From a virus: DNA of 64,000 nucleotides. The position numbers and the translations under genes were made by a program. Where the stretch lies: IMG/VR virus record IMGVR_UViG_3300013103_000005, positions 12,117-76,116 of that record. One strand, given 5' to 3'. Positions 1 through 9,572 of this stretch are shown piece after piece (position 1 is the first letter of the stretch; the number at the start of each line of letters is the position of its first letter). The notes under the pieces were generated by a model. It did no database searches. It worked only from the letters and a program-made list of their open reading frames with translations, and was not told the DNA's origin.

Positions 1-2
1 CT

Positions 3-1166
3 GGATGTAATATATACAGGTCTAACGATAACCCAGAAGGGCCTTATGTTAGATTAAACGATACTCCAATAACTGCTTTATCTTATAGAGATTCTTTAAA
101 AAATATTAGGATTACAGAACGAATACCTACAGGTAAAATAACTTATGGAACAACTCCGACTTGCGATTATATAATTCAAGTAAGCAATTATCCAATCGTT
201 AGACCTGGAACAATTGACGAACACGATTTTAATACAGATGTAACTACTGTAAAAGTTATAATAGATGGTTATGAAGTAACTCCTATTAAATTAGATGGAC
301 CGGAAGGAAAGATTTATTTAGATAGATATAAATGGTTTGATGTACAAACTAACAAATGGATAAATCCTATTTTACCAACTAAAAAAACGGTTATTCAGAT
401 AGGCGAAAATATTTATATAAGTCCAAGTAATTTTATAGGCCAATCTCAAGGTAAAGATTCTGTAGTAGAAGTTAGTTATAATTACATTTCTCATATTGTA
501 AGAACTAATCTAGATAAAAGACTTTATTATAAAGTTACAACTGTTACGACTGACGGTTATGAATCCAGGTTAGAAGAAACTGAACCTCACTCTGTAAGGG
601 AGATTGAGAGATTAGATTATATATGGAAAGAAGCTATTAGAAGAAACAGATGGATTTTACAACAAGCAGGGCATAGAGTAAAATTATATTTTAGGCCTTG
701 GTTTGGTGAACGTTGCGAATGTTGGGAAGAAAGAGGAAGAAATCAAGCAAGATTAGATTGTAAAATTTGTTATGGTACTGGATTTAAAAGCGGGTATTTA
801 GGGCCGATTGATATTTTAATAGCTCCACCTGATACAGAAAAGAATTTAGAATTAACTGATTTAGGTTTATCTTTAAATTGGGTAATATCTACTTGGACAG
901 GGCCGACTCCAGAAATAAATCAAAGAGATTTAATTATAGATAAAGACAATAGAAGATTTACAATCGGACCTGTAAATAAAAAATCTTGTAGGGGAATGAT
1001 TTTGCAACAACATTTTGATATTAGTTTATTAGATGAGACTGATATTAGATATGAAATACCAGTTACAGGATTAGAAGCTTTACATTATATAACTGAAAAG
1101 CCTAATATAGATGATAAGAAAGAGATAAGAGGAAGGACTAAAGTTTTTGAGGATATTATTTACTAA
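3..1166 (+). CDS. 5'-truncated virion neck/head-closure-like protein with Zn-finger (absent from ORF track)
   Basis: Frame 3 is open from the window edge (GCNIYRSNDNPEGPY...) to TAA at 1164-1166; CECW...CKICYGTG motif; lies upstream of the tail genes. Confidence 0.6.
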   Translation, partial: GCNIYRSNDNPEGPYVRLNDTPITALSYRDSLKNIRITERIPTGKITYGTTPTCDYIIQVSNYPIVRPGTIDEHDFNTDVTTVKVIIDGYEVTPIKLDGPEGKIYLDRYKWFDVQTNKWINPILPTKKTVIQIGENIYISPSNFIGQSQGKDSVVEVSYNYISHIVRTNLDKRLYYKVTTVTTDGYESRLEETEPHSVREIERLDYIWKEAIRRNRWILQQAGHRVKLYFRPWFGERCECWEERGRNQARLDCKICYGTGFKSGYLGPIDILIAPPDTEKNLELTDLGLSLNWVISTWTGPTPEINQRDLIIDKDNRRFTIGPVNKKSCRGMILQQHFDISLLDETDIRYEIPVTGLEALHYITEKPNIDDKKEIRGRTKVFEDIIY

Positions 1167-1519
1167 TGGAAGATTTTTTATACCATTATAAAGCATTTGT
1201 TACAAGAGTAATTGATGGTGATACTTTTGAATGTGAATTAGATTTAGGTTTTAAAATAAAGAAATCTAAAGTAAGAGTTAGATTATTAGGTGTTAATACC
1301 CCTGAGTTACATTCTAAAGACGCAGAAGAAAAGAAGGAAGCTTATAGAGCCAAGGAATTTACTAAACAGGAAATAGATAAAAAAGAAGTAATAATTAAAT
1401 CAAATAAAGTAGATGCTTTTGGAAGATGTTTAGCAATAGTCTATTATAAACAAGGTGATGATTGGATAAATCTAAATTCGCTCTTATTAAAGAAGAGACT
1501 AGCTAAGGTATACAAATAA
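1166..1519 (+). CDS. Thermonuclease (SNase-like) family nuclease
   Basis: VIDGDTF, VRLLGVNTPE and DAFGRCLA motifs. Confidence 0.9.
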   Translation: MEDFLYHYKAFVTRVIDGDTFECELDLGFKIKKSKVRVRLLGVNTPELHSKDAEEKKEAYRAKEFTKQEIDKKEVIIKSNKVDAFGRCLAIVYYKQGDDWINLNSLLLKKRLAKVYK

Positions 1520-2025
1520 TGTTAAAAATCTCTATATCCCCAAAGAAAGTAAATCTACCTAAGTGGATTAGGAGAGAAGAATATTTTCCTATACTTTTAA
1601 ATAAAATAGCTAAAACAGGAAGACAAGCGATAAGGAAAAGAATTTTAAATTCTGCTTGGAAATCTCCTAGGGCTGCTAAATCAATAGCTAGGGATTTACA
1701 CGTTCTTAAAAAGAAGAGGGTAGTTAGTTTTTACTTTACTAAACCTTATGTAATTTACCATGAATATGGTGTTAAACGGCAAAAGATGAGATGGCTGGTA
1801 GGGATAAGTAAAGTAATCCCTATCAGAAGAAATAATGAAATTATATTTAGATGGGCTCCAAAGACTTTAAAGGACGCTTGGGTACATCCTGGATTAAAAG
1901 CTAAACACTTTTTTAGAAAAGGAATTGAAGATTTAAAGAAGAAATTTAAGTCAATTACCAATAGAACGCTAAAAAAGTTTATTGCTAAATATAAAAAGAC
2001 AACTCCTCCAAAGATGCCATTTTAG
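1519..2025 (+). CDS. Virion morphogenesis / tail-completion protein (HK97 gp10-like)
   Basis: Basic protein with YHEYG...HPGLKAKHFF pattern; neck-region position. Confidence 0.55.
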   Translation: MLKISISPKKVNLPKWIRREEYFPILLNKIAKTGRQAIRKRILNSAWKSPRAAKSIARDLHVLKKKRVVSFYFTKPYVIYHEYGVKRQKMRWLVGISKVIPIRRNNEIIFRWAPKTLKDAWVHPGLKAKHFFRKGIEDLKKKFKSITNRTLKKFIAKYKKTTPPKMPF

Positions 2026-2039
2026 AAAGGAGTTTATTT

Positions 2040-2297
2040 ATGAAGAAAGTTTCAATAAGGCCATCTGAAGCAGAAGTATTAGATTTCCTTAAGAGAAGAC
2101 TTGGTTATGATTTTATTGAGATTAAAGAAGAGTTTGAAGATTTAGTTAAAACAGTTTTAATGGATTTAGAGTATTTAAACTCCTGGATTGAAAGAGGAGA
2201 TATAGATAAAACTTCCCAAGCTATGTTTGATTTAAAACGTTCTGTTATGCGTTTGATGAATTATACTGATTTTTTAAATAAGATTAAGAAGTTCTAG
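2040..2297 (+). CDS. Hypothetical protein
   Basis: ORF with AAGGAG RBS. Confidence 0.6.
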   Translation: MKKVSIRPSEAEVLDFLKRRLGYDFIEIKEEFEDLVKTVLMDLEYLNSWIERGDIDKTSQAMFDLKRSVMRLMNYTDFLNKIKKF

Positions 2298-2299
2298 CT

Positions 2300-3478
2300 A
2301 TGTATTATATTCTTACAAGACAATTAAAAAATATAATCAAAGACACTTTAAGGGAATGTTTTGATACTCATCCTAAATACAAAGAAATAGATGTTCAAAC
2401 TTCTTATGTATTTAAAGAACGTCCTTCTTATGCAATAGTAGTAAACTCTACAGGAACAAGTTTTACAAAGTTATCAGCCGACCAACAAGTAGGACATTTA
2501 TATAGTTATGCAATTTTAGCTAGAATTTTAGGCAAACCCTGTACCTCGATAGAATGGATAAAAGAAGATAAACAATATTTAGACGAAGGGGGAGAAATAG
2601 CTCCTGCTGGTAAATATTTTATAGAGATAATCTCTGATAAAGAATTTGAATTAAATATACAATATAAAGTTTTTAATGAAGTAATTATAGAAAATGCTCA
2701 AGGCGGGGAATATATATTTCAATTACAACATAAAAATGTAGTGCCTGGTACTTTATCTATGGAAGCCGAAGACCCGTTTACAGTATTCGAGGAAGATAAA
2801 TTTGAAGTAGATTATGAAGAAGGGATTATTAGATGGACAGAACCGGGTGGTATTCCCGAAGGTTGGACGATAAGGGTTACTTATGAATATTTGGACCCTA
2901 ATAGCCCTAAGATTTTCAATTATGAACCTCTTCACTATAACAACGAAGCAATACCGGGAATTATATTAGCCTTTGGAGATAGAATTCATATAGGGGATAA
3001 GCAAGTAGTTATAGTTCAGGAACAAAGGTCAATAAGTCATTATTTGCTAGGTGGGAAATCTAATATTGATATTGATTGCGAAATAGTTGCTCAAGACTTA
3101 TCTTCTTTAGAAGAAATAACAGATTTAGCAACGATGTATTTATGGGGATTAAAAAGAGATGATTTATATAGGGAGTATGGAGTTTTTATAGATGATATTT
3201 CAATAGGTGGAGAATCAGCTGAAGTTAGAGACGATACTGCGGGAGAATTAGAATATAGAAATACAGTTTCATTAAGTTGTATTTGCGATTGGGAAATAGC
3301 CTTTCCTTTACCTAGAGTATTATCGGTAATATGGCCATATACAAGACTTGATGGTCCTGATATTAAGGAAGATGATTTACCAAATTACACCCCGACAAGA
3401 GCAAGTACTTTAGAAGTTACGACTTCTTTTGAGCCTTTTATATTTGGATTTTCTTATAGTGGTGAAAGGATAATATGA
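2300..3478 (+). CDS. Putative tail terminator/neck protein
   Basis: Position before the sheath gene; beta-rich insert (VDYEEGIIRW...VTYEY). Confidence 0.5.
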   Translation: MYYILTRQLKNIIKDTLRECFDTHPKYKEIDVQTSYVFKERPSYAIVVNSTGTSFTKLSADQQVGHLYSYAILARILGKPCTSIEWIKEDKQYLDEGGEIAPAGKYFIEIISDKEFELNIQYKVFNEVIIENAQGGEYIFQLQHKNVVPGTLSMEAEDPFTVFEEDKFEVDYEEGIIRWTEPGGIPEGWTIRVTYEYLDPNSPKIFNYEPLHYNNEAIPGIILAFGDRIHIGDKQVVIVQEQRSISHYLLGGKSNIDIDCEIVAQDLSSLEEITDLATMYLWGLKRDDLYREYGVFIDDISIGGESAEVRDDTAGELEYRNTVSLSCICDWEIAFPLPRVLSVIWPYTRLDGPDIKEDDLPNYTPTRASTLEVTTSFEPFIFGFSYSGERII

Positions 3479-3497
3479 AGTTTAACGCATTAAACTT
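3478..3497. repeat. Dispersed palindrome copy 1 (centre CGCA)
   Basis: AAGTTTAACGCATTAAACTT. Confidence 0.95.
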
Positions 3498-3514
3498 ATC
3501 AGGAGATTTAGATT

Positions 3515-3844
3515 ATGCCTTTATTAGAATTTGAATGTAAGAATGAAAATTGCCCAACAAAAATTTTTGAAAAACTAGTAAATGATAGGAACACTAAATC
3601 CACCTCTTGTCCCAATTGTGGAAGCAGATGTTATAGAGTCGTAGCTTCCCTATTTGGGATAGGAACACAAAATCAATATCAAAACATTGATAGGATTGTA
3701 GGACAAGATGCAGAAAGAAAATGGAAATTATATTACGAAAGGAAAGAACAAAGAGAAAAGTTAATCAAAGAAGGGGTTTTAAAACGACCCAAAAAAGTTT
3801 ATGTTAGTTCTGTAAAAGATAACTCATTTATGAACCCTGGTTAA
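3515..3844 (+). CDS. FmdB-family zinc-ribbon protein
   Basis: MPLLEFECxxxxC...FE...CPNCGS. Confidence 0.75.
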   Translation: MPLLEFECKNENCPTKIFEKLVNDRNTKSTSCPNCGSRCYRVVASLFGIGTQNQYQNIDRIVGQDAERKWKLYYERKEQREKLIKEGVLKRPKKVYVSSVKDNSFMNPG

Positions 3845-3850
3845 TAGGAG

Positions 3851-6631
3851 GTGGATATTATGGGAAACGGTCCTTTTACAAGTTACGTAGGTCCAAATGT
3901 ATTTACAAGAACTAAAACAGAAAGAACTTTACCTTCCCTATTAGCGGGTGTTAGGTTACCTTGCCTTGTAGGCCCGAGTAGGGAGTATAATGAAGCTAAG
4001 AATGTAGAAATTGTAAGAGGTAGTTCAGGAAGAGTTGATATATTAAGAGTTGGTGAGAATGTAAGTTCTCAACTAACAGGTACAAATAGAAACTTCTTTG
4101 TAACTCATACTCCTATCGTTACTGGAGAAGGAATAGGCGAGACTACTTATGACCCAAATGATGTTAAAGTTACTGTTAACGGCGAACAAGTTTCTGTTTT
4201 ATCTGTAAATGGTGAAACTGGAGAGATAACTTTAGTAGAAGCTCCTAAAGCAACAGATATAGTTTTAGTAGATTATTACTTTAACAGAAAAGATACTTTA
4301 GTTACAGATGAAGATATAAGCAATCAAGCTGATGGAAGTAATAAAATATTCTATGTGGCTCATAGACCTATTGTAGATGGTACCGACAATGGAATCATAA
4401 CTAATAATCCAAATAAAGTAACGGTTAAGGTTAATGGAAGTCCCGTAACAGTTGAAGAAGTTGTAGGTGAAGATGGTAAAGTAGTGTTAAAAGATGCTCC
4501 TGGTGCAAGCGATACAGTAACAATTACTTATTACTACAACACTTGGAGGGAGACATTTGATTATTTACCTGACAAGAATGTGAGTGAAATTCTTAAGGTT
4601 GGAGATTCTCCTGGAAGAGCAGATTACAGTGCCAAAGAAGATTTTGTATTACTCGTAAACGAAGATGGTGTTTCTACTTTACATTGGGGAAATACAACAA
4701 AACTTACAATCAAATCTCATACAGATGGAAAAGAATATCTAGACGAAACCCAAATAACTGCTACTCCTGTAGGTGAGAAAATTTATATGGAGGTTGCTAG
4801 TGGTGCGGTTGATGGTGTTAATAAAGAGTTTACAGTTTCTAATGTAATAACAGAAGGAAATGGGACGGGTAAACCTACAAATGACCCTGCTCTCGTTCAA
4901 GTTTACGTAGGAACAACAGTATCAGGAGCAATCAGTGCGGGTCAAGTAGACCTTGCTTATATTAAAGGCGATGAAAAGAAAATAGTATTAAAGAATGCTC
5001 CTGTAGCAGGTAATGTTTATGTTAATTACTGGACTTCTAGATTTGGTGACGGTGATTATGATATAGAAGTGGTAACAGAAGGCGGCCCTGGGGTTGGTGA
5101 ATATAAAATAACTCCACTTCAAGCAGATTTTGTATCCAGTATAGAAGAAGGAACCCATAATGTAACAGACCCTGATTTTGCTACTGAAGGGATAAGATTC
5201 CTAACACAACCAAGAACAATGCCTGGATATTCTGTATCCGAGACTATCACCTTAACTTTTACTAACGACCACGAATTTACCGTATCTTCTGATAAAGGCG
5301 CAGATGGTTCTAGCGGAAGTGGAGAATTAGGAAGAACTTATTTTGATAACAAGACAGGAGTAAGATTTACAATCGACTTTGGCGTTAATGTAGATTATCA
5401 AGCAGGAGATACCTTACAATTTGTAGTAACTCAAAATCCTACTTTCAAAGCAGGAGCATCTATTAACAGATGTATTCCTTCCCTTAATCTTGTAGTTAGT
5501 GATTTGACTAATACAGGTGTAGGTGACGTTACTACTTTAAGCCTGTATGAGAAATCTGGTAAAGAACCTAATGTAGGTGATTTTTATTATGTAGATTACA
5601 AGTATGATAAGAGCGAAGATGATTTTAAAGCAAAAGTATTCTTCAGAGAAGATTTAGACGAAATATTTGCAATTTATGGTGAAGTTTCTGTAGATAATAA
5701 ACTTTCTTTAGGTGCTTGGTTAGCTATAAATAACGGTGCTCCGGGAATAATTCTTAAACAAGTTCCTAGAGCAGAAGGTTCTAATGAGCCAGCTTACCAA
5801 TCTTGGGAAGAAGCATTATTAGAGTTAGAAAAACCTGTAGAAGGTAATTACAGACCCAAAGTACTCGTTCCTTTAACAACCGATGACGATGTTATAGCTT
5901 TGTTTAAGAAACATTGCGAAAGACAATCTTCAATGAGATATAGACAAGAAAGGATATGCTTCTTTGGGTTTCCTGTAGGAACAGATTATAAAACAGTTAG
6001 AGAAAAGGTGGAAGGAACATTCCGTTCAGAAAGAATGACTGCTCTTTATCCTGACGGGGCTATTTTAGGAATAGTTGATGAGTATGGAAATGAAGTAGAG
6101 CATATTGTAGATGGTAGTTTTCTAGCCTGCGCTTATGCTGGGGTAGATACAAATCCTGCTTACACTGTAGCAGACCCGAATACAAGAAGACAAATCGTAG
6201 GATTTAAGAGATTTACTAGAACATTATCAGAAGTTGAGATGGACGAAGTAGCTGCAGTTGGGGTAACTGTTATAGAAGACTTAGACCCGGTTATGAGAGT
6301 AAGACACGCAAGAACAACAAGAGCAGATGACCCATTATTAGTAGAACAAAACATCGTAGAAATAGCAGATTTAGTACAAGAACTTACAAGAATTAACCTT
6401 GATAGATTTATTGGTATTAAATACTTACCTAAAGTTAATGAAGAAATATCTGCTACAGTTTCTGCTATGTTTGATAGACTTATTCAAGCTGAATACATTA
6501 CAGATTATCGTAATGTAAAAGTAGAAACCGACCCGAATGCTCCAGACATAGCAAGGGTATCTGCAGAATATAGGCCAGTATTTGCATTGAACTGGATTGT
6601 AGTAACTTATACTTTAAGAGCTAGATTATAA
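3851..6631 (+). CDS. Contractile tail sheath protein with inserted beta domains (probable start ATG 3860)
   Basis: N-terminal YVGPNVFT; sheath-like C-terminus (DGSFLACAYAG...YRPVFALNWIVVTY); upstream of tube gene. Confidence 0.85.
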   Translation: MDIMGNGPFTSYVGPNVFTRTKTERTLPSLLAGVRLPCLVGPSREYNEAKNVEIVRGSSGRVDILRVGENVSSQLTGTNRNFFVTHTPIVTGEGIGETTYDPNDVKVTVNGEQVSVLSVNGETGEITLVEAPKATDIVLVDYYFNRKDTLVTDEDISNQADGSNKIFYVAHRPIVDGTDNGIITNNPNKVTVKVNGSPVTVEEVVGEDGKVVLKDAPGASDTVTITYYYNTWRETFDYLPDKNVSEILKVGDSPGRADYSAKEDFVLLVNEDGVSTLHWGNTTKLTIKSHTDGKEYLDETQITATPVGEKIYMEVASGAVDGVNKEFTVSNVITEGNGTGKPTNDPALVQVYVGTTVSGAISAGQVDLAYIKGDEKKIVLKNAPVAGNVYVNYWTSRFGDGDYDIEVVTEGGPGVGEYKITPLQADFVSSIEEGTHNVTDPDFATEGIRFLTQPRTMPGYSVSETITLTFTNDHEFTVSSDKGADGSSGSGELGRTYFDNKTGVRFTIDFGVNVDYQAGDTLQFVVTQNPTFKAGASINRCIPSLNLVVSDLTNTGVGDVTTLSLYEKSGKEPNVGDFYYVDYKYDKSEDDFKAKVFFREDLDEIFAIYGEVSVDNKLSLGAWLAINNGAPGIILKQVPRAEGSNEPAYQSWEEALLELEKPVEGNYRPKVLVPLTTDDDVIALFKKHCERQSSMRYRQERICFFGFPVGTDYKTVREKVEGTFRSERMTALYPDGAILGIVDEYGNEVEHIVDGSFLACAYAGVDTNPAYTVADPNTRRQIVGFKRFTRTLSEVEMDEVAAVGVTVIEDLDPVMRVRHARTTRADDPLLVEQNIVEIADLVQELTRINLDRFIGIKYLPKVNEEISATVSAMFDRLIQAEYITDYRNVKVETDPNAPDIARVSAEYRPVFALNWIVVTYTLRARL

Positions 6632-6641
6632 TTTGAAGTCT

Positions 6642-6673
6642 AAGAAGGCAGAGTTTATTCTCTGCCTTCTTTT
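6642..6673 (+). terminator. Rho-independent terminator
   Basis: AAGAAGGCAGAG-tttatt-CTCTGCCTTCTT plus TT after the sheath stop. Confidence 0.8.
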
Positions 6674-6674
6674 A

Positions 6675-6694
6675 AAGTTTAACCTATTAAACTT
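6675..6694. repeat. Palindrome copy 2 (centre CCTA)
   Basis: AAGTTTAACCTATTAAACTT. Confidence 0.8.
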
Positions 6695-6715
6695 CTTTAA
6701 TCAGGGGAGTTCCAA

Positions 6716-6979
6716 ATGAAGCTAGTTAAAATAACAGAGGATAAGTATAAATACGAATTTATTGACAGAATAAACAAACGAACAGCCGAAATGAGAAATT
6801 CATTACAAATTTCTTTTATAAATTGGAAAAACGAGCTTCAAAATTATGAAAGGAAGTTTGGTCCTTTGCCCCAAGAGGTTATAAAGGCTGTAAATAAGAT
6901 TGAAAAGGATACAGAAAGACTTTTAAGAAAGCTCAACGAATTTTATAAAGCAACAGAATTCGGTACCTTTTCTTTTTAG
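6716..6979 (+). CDS. Hypothetical protein
   Basis: ORF with GGGGAG RBS. Confidence 0.6.
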   Translation: MKLVKITEDKYKYEFIDRINKRTAEMRNSLQISFINWKNELQNYERKFGPLPQEVIKAVNKIEKDTERLLRKLNEFYKATEFGTFSF

Positions 6980-7006
6980 TTTGTTTTAGTAACGAAGTCA
7001 AGTTTG

Positions 7007-7026
7007 AACTTTAACGTGTTAAACTT
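7007..7026. repeat. Palindrome copy 3 (centre CGTG, one arm change)
   Basis: AACTTTAACGTGTTAAACTT. Confidence 0.8.
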
Positions 7027-7039
7027 TGAAGAGGTTATA

Positions 7040-7315
7040 ATGAAGCTGGTCAGAATTTCTCCAACAATTGAGGAATTAGGTAGGAAATATATTCAGACGT
7101 TTATTGAAGATATCGAAGATGTCCAATGTCAATTAGAAAGAATCATAAAAGATTACAGGATGTGATTAACGATTTGAGAAAAGTAATCCCCAGATAAGGA
7201 TTAAGTAAAGGAAATTTATTCTTTATTTTATTCTATAAATGCGGCTAATCAAGAGTATAGGGAACTCTTAAATAAAATCACACAGAAATTAGATTTTCTT
7301 TTAAAAGAATTATGA
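7040..7315 (+). pseudogene. Probable degraded small gene (MKLVRISP...)
   Basis: GAGG RBS; 41-codon ORF stops at 7165; coding-like remnant INAANQEYRELLNKITQKLDFLLKEL* downstream. Confidence 0.4.
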
Positions 7316-7353
7316 TAACTGTTAAATCCTTAATTTATTGAGGAGGTGAAATT

Positions 7354-8040
7354 ATGGCTTTAGCAACTAGTTATATACACAGACATGGTGTTAGTCCTAA
7401 CACAAGGACTGTAATATCTTCTAAAAATCGTATATTTGCTTATCCTTCTTCTTCTGAAGAAGGGACCCCTAATGCAGAAATGTTGCAGTTAGGTGGGATT
7501 AGTAGTTTTGCGGTTTCTGATGCAAGAGGAGCTGACCCTGTTAGGGGTATTGGTTATGGAGACCAGATAGCAGAGTTAGTTCCTAGTGTATCTGACCCAA
7601 TTTCTTTATCAGTAGAAAAAACTGCTTTTTACTTCCAGAACATTTTTCAAGCATTTGGATATAGGGCAGGTATTGATGGTGCAGTGAGAGCTATAAAACA
7701 CCATAGATGGCCTTTTGATATTAAACAAGAAATAGTAATACCAGAGATAATTCTAAGAGAATATCCTGGAGGTGGTGGAGGCGGATTACAGCCCGCTACT
7801 ATATTAACTGCTATAAGCAGGGCAATAGGTGGACAAGCAATAGTTACTTGGTACGAGGCTTGTTGGATTACAAGTTATTCTGTAACTTATGCCGCTGATA
7901 CTGCTATCGTAGCAGAAAGTTGTGATATTATGGTAACAGATGTTTCAGATGGACATACAAGAATAACAGAAATATTCAGGTCTGGTAATGATATGATATC
8001 CAGAGCATTTAGAGGGTTAGAAGCAATACTTGGAATTTAA
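7354..8040 (+). CDS. Tail tube protein
   Basis: Follows sheath; VRGIGYGDQIAELVP and WYEACWITSYS tube-like motifs. Confidence 0.75.
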   Translation: MALATSYIHRHGVSPNTRTVISSKNRIFAYPSSSEEGTPNAEMLQLGGISSFAVSDARGADPVRGIGYGDQIAELVPSVSDPISLSVEKTAFYFQNIFQAFGYRAGIDGAVRAIKHHRWPFDIKQEIVIPEIILREYPGGGGGGLQPATILTAISRAIGGQAIVTWYEACWITSYSVTYAADTAIVAESCDIMVTDVSDGHTRITEIFRSGNDMISRAFRGLEAILGI

Positions 8041-8062
8041 TTTATATATTAGGAGATAAATT

Positions 8063-8686
8063 ATGTCTGATATAAATTTGAATTTGAAGAAATTAGAAAA
8101 TTTTTTAAATCAAATAATGGGGGAATTTCCTATAAAACTTAATGATGAAATTACTTTATATTTTAGACCTTTATCTATACAAGAAGAGCAAGAAGCTCAT
8201 ATTGCTGCTTCTCAAAAGCGTAAAGAAGTAGAAGATGAGTTAGCTTATTTTTATCAACTTAAAATAGAAATACTTTCAAGAGCATTATCTAAAATAGCAG
8301 ATTTTTCTATTTCAGAATTAGGAGATAGTGCTTTATCTCATTCAAGAGATTTCTTTAGTAAACTTCCAACTGAAGTAGTTAATTATCTTTTTAATACTTG
8401 GTCTAAAAATACTAATGATAGATTAAATAATTTTAAAATATCAGAAGAACAAACTGATTTAAACGAAGTAAATACATTGAGAGTACCAGAAGACACTAAA
8501 GCAGAAACTCAAGAGGACATTAAAGGAGAGGAATTACAAGAAAAACAAGCCCGAATAAAGCAGGGAATGAAAGAACTAAAACAAAAATATGAAAATAAAG
8601 AAGTCAAACCTGTAAATCCCGCTATTTACAAACTCGGGCAACATGGAGACGGTATTTTAGAAAATGAAGAATCAAAAATGGATTGA
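8063..8686 (+). CDS. Putative tail assembly chaperone
   Basis: Between tube and tape measure; FRPLSIQEEQ. Confidence 0.55.
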   Translation: MSDINLNLKKLENFLNQIMGEFPIKLNDEITLYFRPLSIQEEQEAHIAASQKRKEVEDELAYFYQLKIEILSRALSKIADFSISELGDSALSHSRDFFSKLPTEVVNYLFNTWSKNTNDRLNNFKISEEQTDLNEVNTLRVPEDTKAETQEDIKGEELQEKQARIKQGMKELKQKYENKEVKPVNPAIYKLGQHGDGILENEESKMD

Positions 8687-9554
8687 AGCTTTATTATTTA
8701 GGGGATTTTTAGTAGATGTTAAAAAGCTAGGAAATTTAAGAATAGTTTTTAAATCTCTAAATCAACACGAGCATTCTTTAATTCAAATATTAACATCTAC
8801 TGAATTAGAGAAATTACTTTATACTTTAGCTTATAGTGTTTTCTTATTTGGTAGCATAAATGTTTTAAAAGGAAATAGGGAAGAAAATATAGAAACGTTA
8901 GTGCAAGTATTTTCAAAATTAAATAAAGACTTAATAACTCGCCTTACAGACCTCTCCTTTATGTCCTACCTTGAGTCTTCTGCAATCGAAGATTTATCAG
9001 AATATTCTCAAACAGATTCTTCTAAAATAAAATATTTGGAATACAAAGCTACCAATTTACCTTTAAATCATCCTACTCTTACAGGTATTCCCGGAACAGA
9101 GAATTTAGGTTTAAATTTATATCAATCACAATGGTTAGTCTTAATGGAAGCCAGGCTTAAAAGAGAACAACAAGAAGAAATCTATGAATGGGTAAAATTT
9201 TTAGGTGCTTTTATAAATCCTGAAGCTGTTAAGAAATTAAATCAAATAGATAAACAACAAGAAATATTAGAACAAGATATTGGATTTGAAATTGAAGATG
9301 AATATTTGTTAAAGAAACCAATTAAAACAACTCAAGATTTAATAGACGAAGTGGAGAAGTCTATTAAAGGTGAGATGGACATACACGATAAAATAATAGC
9401 TGAAGCTGAACGTATGTGGATTAAAGAAGAATATGAAAAATACAAAAAGAGGATGGAACAAAGAAAGAAAGAATCTAATCTTGAACCTGGAGTATTTGGA
9501 GAAAGTAGGGTTATTCATATAAATGATGTTAAGAAGAAAAGTTTAACGCGTTAA
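8664..9554 (+). CDS. Putative second tail assembly chaperone
   Basis: Immediately before tape measure; FKSLNQHE parallels the preceding gene. Confidence 0.5.
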   Translation: MKNQKWIEALLFRGFLVDVKKLGNLRIVFKSLNQHEHSLIQILTSTELEKLLYTLAYSVFLFGSINVLKGNREENIETLVQVFSKLNKDLITRLTDLSFMSYLESSAIEDLSEYSQTDSSKIKYLEYKATNLPLNHPTLTGIPGTENLGLNLYQSQWLVLMEARLKREQQEEIYEWVKFLGAFINPEAVKKLNQIDKQQEILEQDIGFEIEDEYLLKKPIKTTQDLIDEVEKSIKGEMDIHDKIIAEAERMWIKEEYEKYKKRMEQRKKESNLEPGVFGESRVIHINDVKKKSLTR

Positions 9555-9560
9555 ACTTTT
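9537..9560. repeat. Palindrome copy 4 (perfect, 24 bp)
   Basis: AAAAGTTTAACGCGTTAAACTTTT. Confidence 0.98.
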
Positions 9561-9572
9561 GTGAGGTAGACT

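Noticed and set aside
8640-8690. Programmed -1 frameshift between tail chaperones
   Set aside because: The second ORF is in the +1 frame, I see no XXXYYYZ slippery site, and it has its own ATG
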